A DNA stretch of 64,000 bases from Paraspadella gotoi (lineage: Eukaryota; Animalia; Chaetognatha): NCBI GenBank assembly GCA_051294375.1, contig CM119269.1, forward strand, positions 3,844,932 to 3,908,931, written 5' to 3'. This document shows positions 15,261 to 27,572 of the stretch, piece by piece. The notes beneath the pieces were generated by a model. That model did not search any database. It was not told the DNA's origin and was given only the letters and a program-made list of their open reading frames with translations. Both the position numbers and the translations under genes were made by a program. Position 1 is the first letter of the stretch, and each line of letters opens with the position of its first letter.

Positions 15261-18200
15261 CCAATATTAGAGCGAGAGCATCATCTGATTTGTATCTCAT
15301 TACTATATCTTTGGCGTGTTTCTTCTATTATTAAGTCTCTTCTAGTCTTTTTTTATCTCTCTCCTTCTCTCTCTCTCTTTTTCTCTCTCTCTCTCTTTCT
15401 CTCTCTTTTTCTTTTTTTCTCTCTCTCTTTCTCCAAATCCCTCCCGCTCTCCCTCTCTCTCTCACCACTCCCCCTAATAACCGCATCGATGAATATTAAT
15501 ATTTCCCCCCCCCCGCGAACCAAACCGCCTGACTTCCGCTTTCATTCTCGCCGACGCCAAACGTCATTCGGTTCCAAATAAATAAATAAAAAAAACCCGC
15601 TAAATTTCATTTCCAAAGCGGAATTTTAAACCGAGCGGCGACAGTAAATCAGAACAACGCCGATCTGAACCAAAACAGAAAATGAGATAGAATTTAGTAG
15701 GTGTTGCGGATCGAAGCTTAGCTGAATCACTGAGACAAAAATAGCATCACTGTCGATGAAAGGGACCGGGCGTGGCTTTTCTAAGAAATTGTCAAGAGAT
15801 TTACTCCTCTTCCTCCTGAGTTCGAGTTCACTGATAGATATATTTCGTCTTAATCACCTAATTTAAAATAGAAGAATATATCAATATATTATTTAAGTAA
15901 GTAGACGGGGATTTCAACATGAAACCAAAGTGGATTTTATTCTCAGATAGAAGACAGGCAAGAGCAGCGTGAGACAGACCGAATCAATACAAAAACGGGC
16001 AGTATTTATACTGGGCAACCGTATCATCAACTCGGGCTTCCTTTCCCGATGGCATGAAGCCTACTTCTCATTGGTCCATTCCGATGGGGATTCAACCAAT
16101 CAGAGAGTCCTCGATAATTTCATCCGAGTCGGTGATACGGTCCGATTTCGAATTGATTACCATTTGATTCCGCTTCCATCTTCGATGAGTTATATCACCT
16201 TATTTTTTCATTTGACTAATACAATGGGAGATTCTAGGTTTCCTTAGTACACATTTTCATTGCGATGCATAATGGTGTCTTTTTAGACCATTTTTTTTCC
16301 TGGTAATAAACTTAAACGGGCGTTGCTCCTAAAAGCGACTTGAAATTCGAACTTACTCAAAGTTGAACAATCTCCTCGTCTTTCAGCTTTAAGGCGACTT
16401 AAGCGTTCAATTTCCACCGAATTTGCGATTCCGATTTTCCAAACTTTCCCATTTTCGTACATAAGTCAATGGCAAAAAAAAAGGAAACTATTTTTTCTTT
16501 GATTTCTGTTTAGACATTTTTTTTTTGCATTCGATAGCCTAAGAAGAAAAGTTGAGAAATCGGGATTCCGGTGGAGGAATGAACGGAACTGAAACGGAAG
16601 GGAAAACGAGACTCCAGGGAAAAGAATTGGCAGAGAAGACAAAAGGACAGAAAGATTTAGTGCGGGCATCGAGGACAGAAAGAGGGTAAAAACAGAAAAA
16701 AGGCGAAAAATGTTCTAAAATAACCTATCTCTAGAAATGCTACCGCAGCTTATAAGGTTGGGAGATTCGGCAGGGTGAGGCACGACCCAAGATAGAGAAT
16801 CCATCTGGGCATTTAAAATTAACCGTTAAGCGTCGAGGGATAAAGCAGAACGGCGAGGAGTTAACCAGGCTCCGGAGTCGTCAGTTAAAAGGGTACAGGG
16901 TTAACAGGCGCGAGAACCGAGGGACGATCGTCAGGCGAAGGGGCGAAGGGGCGAAGGGGCGAAGGAGAGGGGCATAGGGGGGGGGTTAAGCCTTGGAAGG
17001 GGGACCGTTGTGATGCAAATGGGTTTAGGGGTTGAAAAGGACACATTCTCTCTTTTTGGGGATTGTAAGGGACACGGGTGCTTGAGTCGTGGGTGGAAAT
17101 GGGGGGAAATAAATTGTGCCTAAAGTAAAAGCGAATCGGAAGCGTCGTTGGTGATTTATTTCTCCCTACTCCGCCCCCCCCTCCACTGTTTCCCCCCCCC
17201 TCTTTTCCGATGGCGGATTCGATTTCTTCCCTTTTTTGGTCGGTGACCTTTTCACGTCTTTCTCCTTCTCTTTGGCGAACCAATCGACGTGCGGGGGTTG
17301 TGAGAGACCTGCCGCTCGCTCTCACACGCTCTCATTCGCTCTCGCTCGCTCTCGCTCTCGTCAGCTTTCTCATGCTGTTTTTCCTTCCTTTTATTATACC
17401 TCAGGCTCCCTCTTTCTCTTTCTTTTGTCGCGTGTAGGGGGGGGGGAGAAATATTATAAACTATAGCTTCCAAAATAACCTTTTTGGCTTTTTCTATTTT
17501 TATAACGATATATATTAGTTTTCATATTTCATTTGCAACGTAATCAATCGATACTTTGGAATATTTCCAGCCTTTCCTTTCCAAAAATAGGAATTCATAG
17601 ACATAGGATCGAAAATCGATATTTCCAGAAGAGAAAAAAAAAATCCAAAGGCAGAACGTTTACTGTTACAGACTTTTTTCTGTTTCCTTTTTCTGTATAG
17701 AATAAATGGTTTTGTTCATCCTTCGAACCGCACATTGTAAAGGTTAACGTAAAGAGACTAGATATGACATAAATGACTTAAAAACGCAGCACTTGGTTTC
17801 TTAAGGTATGACACTGTTCGCGATAAAAGTCAGCGAAAATCTCATCTTTACTGATTTATGTTTCGTCAGGATGCGTCAAGCTTTTTCTGACTTCTTTTTT
17901 TCTTTATTCAATATTGAAATGCGTTTCCTTTTCTTCTATTTCCTATCTTTTCATCTTCCTTTTTCCTTTTATTTCTTTACCCTTTCCTTCTTTCCTTTTT
18001 CCTTTTATTTCTTTACCTTTTCCTTCTTTCCTCCCATCCTTTTTCCTTTGATACATCACTGGCACGAAAAAAAAACCTTTCTCGACCGTTTTCTCGGTTC
18101 ACCTGAGGCTTTTTTCCGTGAGAGGCTCACATGTTGTCGTCATTAATCTGCCACGCCCCCTCTCACGTCGCTTGTCACGAAACGACGGCAACTTCGCTAA

Positions 18201-18641
18201 AAAAAAAACCGCCTCGCTGTTTTTTTTTCGTTTCTTTATGTTTTCTTTTTGTTTTTCTTTTTCGCCGATAATAAACTTGAGGTCGATGAGGTCGTCACTG
18301 AATTCGAAACACGACCGAAATTCGTTCTAATCAGAATAAGAATTCGTCAAAGAACCAATTCATAGTAACTAGTAAAATTGCCATCAAGTAAATATCTCAA
18401 CCGCTTACTTATAATAAGGAAGACAGAAAAACAACATGTATTTCGATAATGACAATTACAACTAATATTTCTCGAAATAATCAGAACTAATACGAACACA
18501 TCGATCTTGATGCGGCGTTTCCTTGCAACCTTTCCTCCCATCTTGCTTTTTCTCACAATTATTCAACCTGTTGACCGAAGGAATCCCAGGCTAGTAATTC
18601 ACCAGATTACCGCTTGGCTGCCTGGTGGTTCACCAGCCCTT

Positions 18642-18696
<55 letters not shown>

Positions 18697-19189
18697 CTCC
18701 AAGCTCGACCCGGGCCAAATCGACCCCAGCAAAATCCATTGACCCATCGAGTCCTCTAAACCCGATCTGAGTTTCTCGCCCGGATGCCCGCGATGGCGGA
18801 GACCGCTCTCCCTTTCAATCCTTTCCTTTTTTTTCCCCCAATTTTTTCCTTTTTTTCTCTCTCAATTTAACATCATTTATCTAGTATTTTTTCTAGTTAT
18901 TTTCTGTTTGCCCTTTAACTGTATTTGTCTATGTTTTCTCATGTCTTCGACGTACTTGTGTTTGATACATTATAACAATTTAATTCCTAATCATTCTTAG
19001 GTAATCTTCCTTTTTTTCCCCAAGCATTTAGCAGCCACACACTAGTTCACTTTTTTAAATATATTTTTTTTAATTATGTTTTGTATCACCCATAAATATC
19101 TCCACTACGTCATCCTTATTTCTTCCCAAACCTTCGTCCCTCTATACCTCAGCATTTTTATTCCTTTCTCTGTTTTCCTTCCTCCTATT

Positions 19190-19515
19190 CCTTTCCTTTT
19201 TTTTAATGTTTTTCCTTTTCTTTCCTTTCCTTTTTTTTACTGTTTTTCCCCTTTCTTTCCTTTCCTTTTTTTTACTGTTTTTCCCTTTCATTCCTTTCCT
19301 TTTTTTTACTGTTTTTTCCCTTTCTTTCCTTTCCTTTTTTTTACTGTTTTTCCATTTCTTTCCTTTCCTTTTTTTTACTGTTTTTCCCTTTTTTTCCTTT
19401 CCTTTTTTTTACTGTTTTTCCCTTTCTTTCCTTTCCTTTTTTTTACTTTTTTTCCATTTCTTTCCTTTCCTTTTTTTTACTGTTTTTTCCCCTTTCTTTC
19501 CTTTCCTTTTTACTG
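19190..19515. repeat. pyrimidine-rich minisatellite (~38-bp unit containing TTTCCTTTTTTTTACTGTTTTT)
   Basis: Repeated unit directly visible, about 8 copies. Confidence 0.85.
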
Positions 19516-19652
19516 CCTCATCTTTTCACCTTCTCACGTCTTCTTCCTCTCCGTTTTCTTTTCAGTAAAAGAGAAAAAAGGAGAGAAAAGAAAAGGAATT
19601 TCCATCAATCCATACTAGTCTCTCTCTCTTCCTCTCTCTCTCTCTCTTCTCA

Positions 19653-19684
<32 letters not shown>

Positions 19685-19867
19685 CAATCCATCCTCTCTC
19701 ATGAAAATGGACTGAGTGGCACCAACAAATTTCCCGTCGGGTCAGAACGTAATTGTTCACGCGGTCCGTCGCATCACCCGGAAAATGTGAGAATTCGTAA
19801 TGCAGTTTTTATTGTGGTTTCTGGACTCAATTAGATAAAGCAAGCATTGAAGCATAATAACTCACTT

Positions 19868-19904
<37 letters not shown>

Positions 19905-20273
19905 NNNNNNNNNNNNNNNNNNNNNNNTAATAATAATAATAATAATGATAATAAACACGGATAAGTCACGTGATCTTCACTCGACCGTCGATTTCTCTCT
20001 ACTGCAATACTGCTAACATAAAGCGGAAACCCCCCCTCCCCCTTTTTTTTCCCTTCCCGCACTTTCGCGACCTTTTAATTTTATCCACGTCCTTACCTCC
20101 TTAATTTTATTTAATTTTATTTAATTTTATTTAATTTTATCCACGTCCTTACCTCCTTCCATTTATTTCAACTTAATTCAAAGTCACGTTTTTTATTCTC
20201 CCTCGACTTTCAGGTTCTCTTACCGGTTCTTTCCGACTTTTAATTTAGCTTTTTATTTTTAATTAGTTTTTAC

Positions 20274-20480
20274 TTTTTTTAGTCCGAGTACTCTCGGAGC
20301 GACTCTATAAGTCACTTTTCGGTCGGTATGTATGTTCATCGGTCTGTCCCACTTACGGTAAAAATGTATATAATTTGCCTATAGTTGCTAAAAATGTATA
20401 TAATGTATATAAAAATGTAAAAAGGTAAAAATGTAAAAATGTAAAAATGTATATAATTTGCCTATAGTTGCTATAGGAAA
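20274..20480. mobile_element. possible Helentron/DINE-1-like non-autonomous element remnant
   Basis: T-run followed by hairpin AGTCCGAG-TACT-CTCGGAGCGACT, then a degenerate (GGTC/GTAT) microsatellite core and internal tandem repeats (AAAATGTATATAATTTGCCTATAGTTGCTA x2). The family call is inferred from architecture only. Confidence 0.3.
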
Positions 20481-20752
20481 TAAAAGACGGGGCAAAGAAA
20501 GTTTTTTAGTCATATCATATTATGTCATATAATACGATCAAAAAAAATACATATGAAAATAAAGTCACTGCGGCGCAACACATTGGATGAAGCGATCTTG
20601 TTTTTTCCTGACTCTATCTTCTTTGTTCACCGATCTTCGCTTACCTCCATTCATCTTTTCGAGTCTCGATCTTTCTTTTCCTTTTTTGCCTCGAGGTTCG
20701 GTGCTTTTTCTCTCTCTCCCTCCTCTCATAATCTCGCTCGTCACGTTCTCTG

Positions 20753-20825
<73 letters not shown>

Positions 20826-22796
20826 CTCTTATAATTAATTTCCTTACAGCCATTCGCGAAATCAAAAACCTTTGCGTTCTAGCAGCTTTTATGTCTACAA
20901 CCATCATCATCGTCTGGATTAAAACTGCAAAAAAACCAAATGAGATTCTCTTATTTTTATTTTGCAAATTCTCTTCTCACCGTTCGTCCTGTCACGACAA
21001 ACTATTGTCTCATCGTGACAGACGTGACGTGTTCAGCGACGCACTGTGACATCGCTTTTGTTTGGCCTCATTATCAACCATTATTCACGTCACACCAGCT
21101 TCACTCGATTTTCGAAAACGTAAAGCGGCGTTTCCGTGCGTCACAAATCGTTCCAAAATTTCTCAACTCCTTTGTTCTCTTCACTGACTTTCATAACTTC
21201 CTAACCGGATCGAAAAACTCAAGCGCGTGCACGCTCTCGCGTCACAGCCAAGCTTCCAGCGCAGGCACGCCCCAGCATCACAGTCAAGCTAACGTCGCGC
21301 GTTTTTTTTTCAAGCGACAAAACGTGAACGCGTGAGTGATCACTCGATGCCCGGCGCTCCAGTCCTTTCGCTTCACGCTTCACGTCGCTCTGCATCGTTT
21401 CTCATCGTTTCTCAACGTGGTCGACACCAAGTCTGCTTGTTTAACAGTGTGAATGCTTGTTTAACATTTACATTTGTTTGATTTTTTTTTTTTGGACCGT
21501 TTTTAGATTTTCATATTTTGTCTCTTTTCTGAACTTTCTGCTTTTTCGTTAAGCAATACTTGGTTTTCGCTTAGTGGACCTTCTCTTGTGAAATAGAGAA
21601 AAAGGTTGCTTCCCCTGCTTCTATTGTATTAGGTCCTCTTTTCCCAATTCGTTCCTCCCATGAACTTTTCCATTTCCTTCTCATTATCTCGCAACGGGCG
21701 CATATCCTGCCTGCCTCACGCCATCTATCCTCTCCCTTCCCGAAACCGCCACCCCGTTCTCTCCTTTCTCGGCCACCTAGCGGGAGTCGCAAACAATTTC
21801 CAATTTAGCCACGCCCCCCGCCGCGTAGTTTTCTGCTTCGTCGGAGACCCTTTGGGGGGGAAAAAAAGGAAAACCAAGCAGAGACTTGATGGGCAAAGAA
21901 TGTAGAGAGAGTCTCGGGCGCGGGCAAATAGGGGAGGCGTGAAGACGTAGTTGGGTAGGAGTCTATCGGCATGCCATTAGCGCCATCCGCCATGATTCGT
22001 AATTTCAAATTATCTACGTTGAATTTTCTTTTTTTTTCTTTTATTTATGGCATATGTGGTATAATTTAAATTTTTTTAATATTTTTTTTATTATTCTAAT
22101 TTTTTTTCTCTCTCTCTGTTTACAGGGGTGCTAAAAGGGAGATAAAAAAAGCACATAGGAAAAAAAATTAATCAATAAGGAAATCGTCAAAATCAATAAC
22201 GCTTGGAAACGGACGTCAGAAACAGCTTCTCGGATTACTTTTTGTCCTCGGTTTCCTCAACAAAATGGATTAGCGTTTTTCCTGATTTACGTACAAAGCG
22301 ATTTTCTCGGAAAGCGATTTTCGTCCGAAGCCATTTTACGTTTAATGCTAATAAATCTTTTAAAGCGGTTTGGACCGTTAATGATCGAATGTATCGACGT
22401 CTAAATAAATCTGCATTCAAAACTGATTTACGTTTAAAAAGTATTAAACGAAACTCCAAAGTTATTTGAAAATTTTGAAAATTTAAAAAAAAGAAACATT
22501 TACCCTCGCACTGATTAACCTTTAAATAATTGTTTTCATTTAAACTTTAAAAATGATAAATGCGAATAAAATAAACAATTTTTTCGAAGCAATCAACATC
22601 AAATGGGATTAACATCAAAAACTTTTTTTCACGCCTTTTCAAGTTTTTGTTGTAAAAGCGATTTACGCTGAAAGCGATTTAATTGAAAGCGATTAACACT
22701 TAAAGCGATTTACATCAATTTCGAATTCCAGCGCGATTTTCTTATGGAGCGAATGGAATCGAAGCGACTACATTCATCGCGATTTCTCGAGAGACG

Positions 22797-25725
22797 ATGA
22801 ACAACTTTAACAACATCAACAGCGATGTTGTGAATCACGATAGAACTGACAACGGCGGCTGCATCGGCGGCGGCGGCGGCGGACCGAGATTTCCGCAGCA
22901 CAACCCCTCGGATTATTCGTCCAACAAAACCGCGCGACCTCAGAATCTAGGAAACTACATTGCGATGGTGAGTTTCTTCTGCATTATATGTATTATTTAA
23001 TTGTTTAGAGAAAGCCGAATTTTCATTTCTTTCTCTCTTTCTTTCGTGATTTCTTTTTTTTTTCTTTCTTAGTAATAGATAGGCAATTGAGAAAGATATA
23101 AAAAAAATGTTTAAAAATCAATTTATCGATTTTTTTCTCCCCATCTAATTAAAAGATTTCCAGCCTGAGCTCTATTTTTCATTTTATGGCAAAAAAAATA
23201 AAAGATTTCCCTCGGTCCCGATTATTGTCGGGGTCGCGTATCCAATCTCCCATCGCTTTCGACTTTTCCTCAGCACCATGATGGACTTCAAGAGGAAGTC
23301 GTCTCCCCAGAAACGGGCGTCCACCAATTCGGACGTCGCGGGCCCAACCCCGAGGGCTTCGTGGACTACGGACCCTCAGCTGATAACAACAACTTACTGA
23401 AGATTCAAACTCCAGTTTCGCAGATGCTTCATTATCCGACCACGGTGAGAAAACGAGAGGAACTGGCCGTGATGGGGCGATAATGTGCGATAAGTATTTC
23501 AAATGTCTTTGTTTCATGGATTTATTTATTGTTTGATAGATTTTCCATTGATTTTTTTTCAAAAATGAACTAATAGTCTACATGGTGACAATTCTTAAAC
23601 CGCCGCTAGAAAAACGCTGCTATTTGCAAACCTGTAAATATTTTTTTTAATATTAAATACTAATTTAAAAATAAAAACCAAAACTATTTAAATATACAAA
23701 TTATAGATGAATCGATTTTGTAATTGATTGCTCAATTATTCTATCGTTAATCTAACTGATTCCTTCATTGAATCAATCCTCCCACTTCCTCTTATTATCA
23801 AACAGATGCCGTCCCACTGCCCCACCCACGGACTCCCCGCTCCCGGCAACGCCGCCCATTGGCGCGGACGCCCCCTCGTCGATCCCCATGGCGCCGGCCA
23901 CCCAAATCTCCCGCCCTTGACGATCGAGACGGCGGGCGTCTCATCCGCCTCCAATTACCCCAATTACCCCGTCAACCGTTACGACGCCAACCTCAATATC
24001 GGCGGCGGCGGCGGCGTCGTCGAGGATACGGGGCCGTCAGTGCCGACGGCGCCTCCTATCCCGGCGCCGAGAAAAGACTTTCGGCGCCCCAACGACCCGC
24101 ACAACAACAACGCGGCGCCTCTCAAATCCTCGGAATTCAGGGATTCCGGTTCCGTCGGTGGAAGTGGCGTCGTCACGCCCATCGGCTCCGCCTCCGCCGT
24201 TGCGGCGACGCCCGGCGGATACGCGACGCCGGTTGGAAACGACGACGCCTCCACGGGCGAATTCGGGCGCGGCGTTCGAGGTTCCGGTACGGCTACGCCC
24301 GGCGGAGACGAGGGCGGATTCGGCGTCGGCGTCGCCAACGGGAGAAGGACGCCGAAAAGTCCAGCGGCGTCGTCCAGAAGTCACAGCGGTGAGATTTAAT
24401 GTGAAAGATGAAAACTAATATCAACAAAACTGTTATTTGTACATAGCTCAATATCAATGTCTCATTCCCAACAGTTCTCAACGACCCCATATCCCCCAAC
24501 GTCAACGCCCCCAACAACTTGACCGACCCGAAATCCCACCAACTACCGCTTCAACAGCCACAGCATCAGCAACAACAGCCGCAGCCCCAACAGCCCTTCA
24601 AAGTATACAAAGTCATCGACACGACGACGACGCAGCAAAGGGAAGTGAGTTTGGTCCGCGCCTCCGCTACGGGAGCAGCAGCCGCCGCTGGCCCGGGTGC
24701 CCAAGCAGCGGCAGCGCCAAAGGCCAAAACCAACGGGATGCCCTACCCGACGCCGACGAAGCAGCAACAGCATGTCGCGGGCGGAATTGGTGGTGGGCTA
24801 GGCGGCGGGTTAGGAGGTGGACTTGGCGGCGGGCTTGGCGGCGGAATAGGCGGCGGTCTCGGTGCCAAGGGTCAGCAACAGCACCACACTTGCACCTGCA
24901 ACGCGTCGCATTGTGCCGCCGCCAATCACTCTTGCGCCGGCGTCTCAGCCACGCCCTCTCGCGAGGGCCCGTCGGGCTCGTCCGACATTGCCCAAGAGTC
25001 TCTAGAGCCGCTGCTGGGGCCGGCGTCGGGCCCCGGCTGTCACGTCGGCGGAGGCGGAGGAAAGATGCAGAACTTTCTGCAGCACAAGACCAACATCCAG
25101 TACACCCCGCTGGACGGTTCCCCGCAGCGCTACGCCAACAGCAAGACGCCCAACTCGTCGTCGCCTTTCGCCAAACCCTCGCACCTTCAGGATCATCAGC
25201 CATCGTCGGCGGCGGCCATCCTCAACAACTTTCAGACCAACTTTCACAACAACAGCAGCTTTGGAGGCGGCGGCGGCGGCGGCGGCGGCGGTAGCAGCGG
25301 TGTCCCTGCAGGTTCCTCATCACAAAAGTTTTTCTCCTCTTATCCGACGTCCGTTTATTCGACGGATTATTCTTTTTATAACAACGTTGGTAACGGCGGC
25401 GGCGGCGGCGGCAGCGTTGGCGGTCTCATAAGCGGCGGCGGCGGCTCCGGAGGTTATCCCCCGCAGAACCCCGATCTCAGCCACGAACGATTCAACTCGG
25501 GCTCCACTGGTCGCAGTCCTCTGCTGCACCGGCCCGCGTTCGACGGCGGCAGCGTTGGCACCGGCAGCGTCGGCGCCGGATTCCTCTACGGTTCCAACCC
25601 GCCGTCCCGAGCCGGCGGCGCCGATTTTCTCCTTCGAGCGCCTCTTGACGCCGCCCACCAGAGTCCGCTGTTTTCGACGCCGCTGCGGGGCCCCGGCGTC
25701 GCCGCGCCTCTTGCGCCGATACGCG

Positions 25726-25757
<32 letters not shown>

Positions 25758-27572
25758 GGTGGAAGCGGCGGCGGACAGTTCCAGAGTCTGCCGCGGCGTT
25801 CCAAGGACCACGACCGCCACCACCGCGGCCTCTCTCTCGATAGGCGGGGCTTCGCTTCAGATCAGCCACATTCGTCGGAGACGAGCATGAGCGGAGATCC
25901 GTGGTTGACGAGGGACGGACTGGATGGGGATTTGAGGCCGAGGTTGCAGGTGAGAGAAGTGGGAGAAGAAAAGAGAAGAATAGAAGAGAAGAGAAGAGGA
26001 GGGAAGAGAAGAGAAGAGAAGAAAAGAGGCAGGCGAAGGGAAGGGGGAAGCGGAAAAGAGGAAGGGAAGGGAAGAGAGAGAAAGAAGAAAGAGAAGAGAA
26101 GAGAGAGAAGAGAAAGAGAAGAGAAAAGAAGAGAGAAGGAAGGGAAGGGAAGGGAAGGGAAGGAAGGAGAAGAGGAAGAGAGAAGAAGGAAGGGAAGAGA
26201 AAAGAAGAGGAGGGAGAGAAGAGAAGAGGAGGAAGAGAAGAGAATAGAAGAGGAGGTAAGAGAAGAATAGAGAAGAAAAGAGAAGAGAAAGAAGAGAAGA
26301 GAAGAGAAGAGAGAGAAGAGAAGAAAAGAGGAGGGAAGGGAAGAGAGAGAAGAGAAGAGAAGAGAAGAGAAGAGAAGAGAAGAGAAGAGAAGAGAAGAGA
26401 AAGGAAAGGAAAGGAAAGCGAAAAGGAAAAGGAAAGGAAAGGAAAGGGAAGAGAAGAGGAGGGAAGAGAACAGAAGAGGAGGGAGGAGAAGAGAAGAGGA
26501 GGGAAGTGAAGAGAAGAGAAGAGGAGGTAAGAGAAGAATAGAGAAGAAAAAAGAAGAAAAAAGAAGAAAAGAGAAGAAAAGAAAAGAAAAGAGAAGAAAA
26601 AGGAAGAAAAGATGAGAATAAAAGAGAATAGAAGAAAAGAGAAGAAAAGAGAAGAGAGACGAAAATGGAATAGGAAAAAAAGAGAGAAAAGGACAGGAAG
26701 TGGAGATGATTGCACTTTTTTTCCATTTCCTAACTAACGCTTTGTACTACAATACGAAATGAATTAAACATTCTTTTCCCATCCCCAACCCTCTTCCATA
26801 AAAGGAAACCTCTTTCCTCAACGAGCCGGCCAACCCCCACCACCCGCACCACCCCCAATCCACCATCACCACCACCCTCGATCTTCCTCCGTCTCTAAGA
26901 GTCGAAGCTTCTCCTCCCATCGCCATCGACGAGAGAAGCCGGCGCCGGCGCCTCATCACCAAAAGGCGCGATCCTTCGATCGGATGACGATGCCCGACCC
27001 GACGGCCGCGGCGGTGCAGCACCCGCCGCCGCCGGCGCGCTCCTCGCAGCATTTCGTCGCATCCCGCCGACGCCGGTTACGACGCCGTCTCTGACAAGTC
27101 GTCCGACTCCGAAGGGACCGGCACCAAGACCCTGGTTCCGCAGGCGCAGGAGCCTTTGCATCAACAGCAGCAGCGGCGGGAGGTTGTTTCTCAGCAGCCC
27201 ATGCCGGCGACGCAGCCGCCTCAGGCCGCGTCCCAGCCGTCGCGCGAGGAGCATCGGCGGGACTCGGATCAGGCGGAACCGCAGCAGCAGCAGTCATCTT
27301 CGGAGCAGCAGCAACCCGTGGCCATCGGCAAGGCGGCGCTGTCGACGATCCGCTGGAAGTCGGCCCTCGGCGCCCACAAGAAGTCGATGAAATGCTCCAA
27401 TTGCTGCAAGGACATCGTAACCAAGGTTACTTACAAGGCGGACATGTGCACCTATTTTGCGGCATGCTGTTGCAGCATCTGCGGGTGCTGCTTCATCCCG
27501 TTCTGTCTGCGGGAACTCAAGGCCGCGCATCATTTTTGCCCCGTTTGCGACGCCTATTTGGGATCCTACTAA
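22797..27572 (+). CDS. LITAF-domain protein with very long low-complexity N-terminus; predicted exons 22797-22967, 23806-24388, 24475-25949, 26805-27572 (998 codons, one internal in-frame TGA at 26985-26987 as assembled)
   Basis: C-terminal CSNC...hydrophobic Cys-rich stretch...HFCPVC is the LITAF CxxC/HxCxxC signature. GT-AG junctions keep phase (ATG|GTGAGT, CAG|ATG; G|GTGAGA, CAG|TT; CAG|GTGAGA, AAG|GAA). A PTAP motif lies at 24043-24054. The domain call is high confidence; exon connectivity in the last exon is uncertain. Confidence 0.75.
25950..26705. repeat. ~750-bp near-pure polypurine (GAAGA/GGAAA) tract inside LITAF intron 3
   Basis: Almost no C or T on the + strand; it starts exactly at the GT donor. 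Confidence 0.9.
27156..27572 (+). CDS. LITAF-like zinc-binding/membrane-insertion domain (3' part of the terminal exon)
   Basis: MKCSNCCKDIVTKVTYKADMCTYFAACCCSICGCCFIPFCLRELKAAHHFCPVCDAYLGSY*. Confidence 0.92.
   Translation: MHQQQQRREVVSQQPMPATQPPQAASQPSREEHRRDSDQAEPQQQQSSSEQQQPVAIGKAALSTIRWKSALGAHKKSMKCSNCCKDIVTKVTYKADMCTYFAACCCSICGCCFIPFCLRELKAAHHFCPVCDAYLGSY

Noticed and set aside
25492-26726. Long minus-strand Leu/Phe/Ser ORFs (407 and 289 aa) and the E/R/K tail of ORF 24519-26270
   Set aside because: They arise from the stop-poor polypurine intron; the real exon ends at the donor at 25949.
26985-26987. Selenocysteine codon
   Set aside because: It lies in a low-complexity region, not at a Cys-equivalent catalytic position, and I recognised no SECIS in the 3' flank (not computationally searched).
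27045-27060. PA-X-type +1 frameshift motif (UCC UUU CGU)
   Set aside because: TTTCGT is present but lacks the preceding UCC and is in the wrong register for the shift required.
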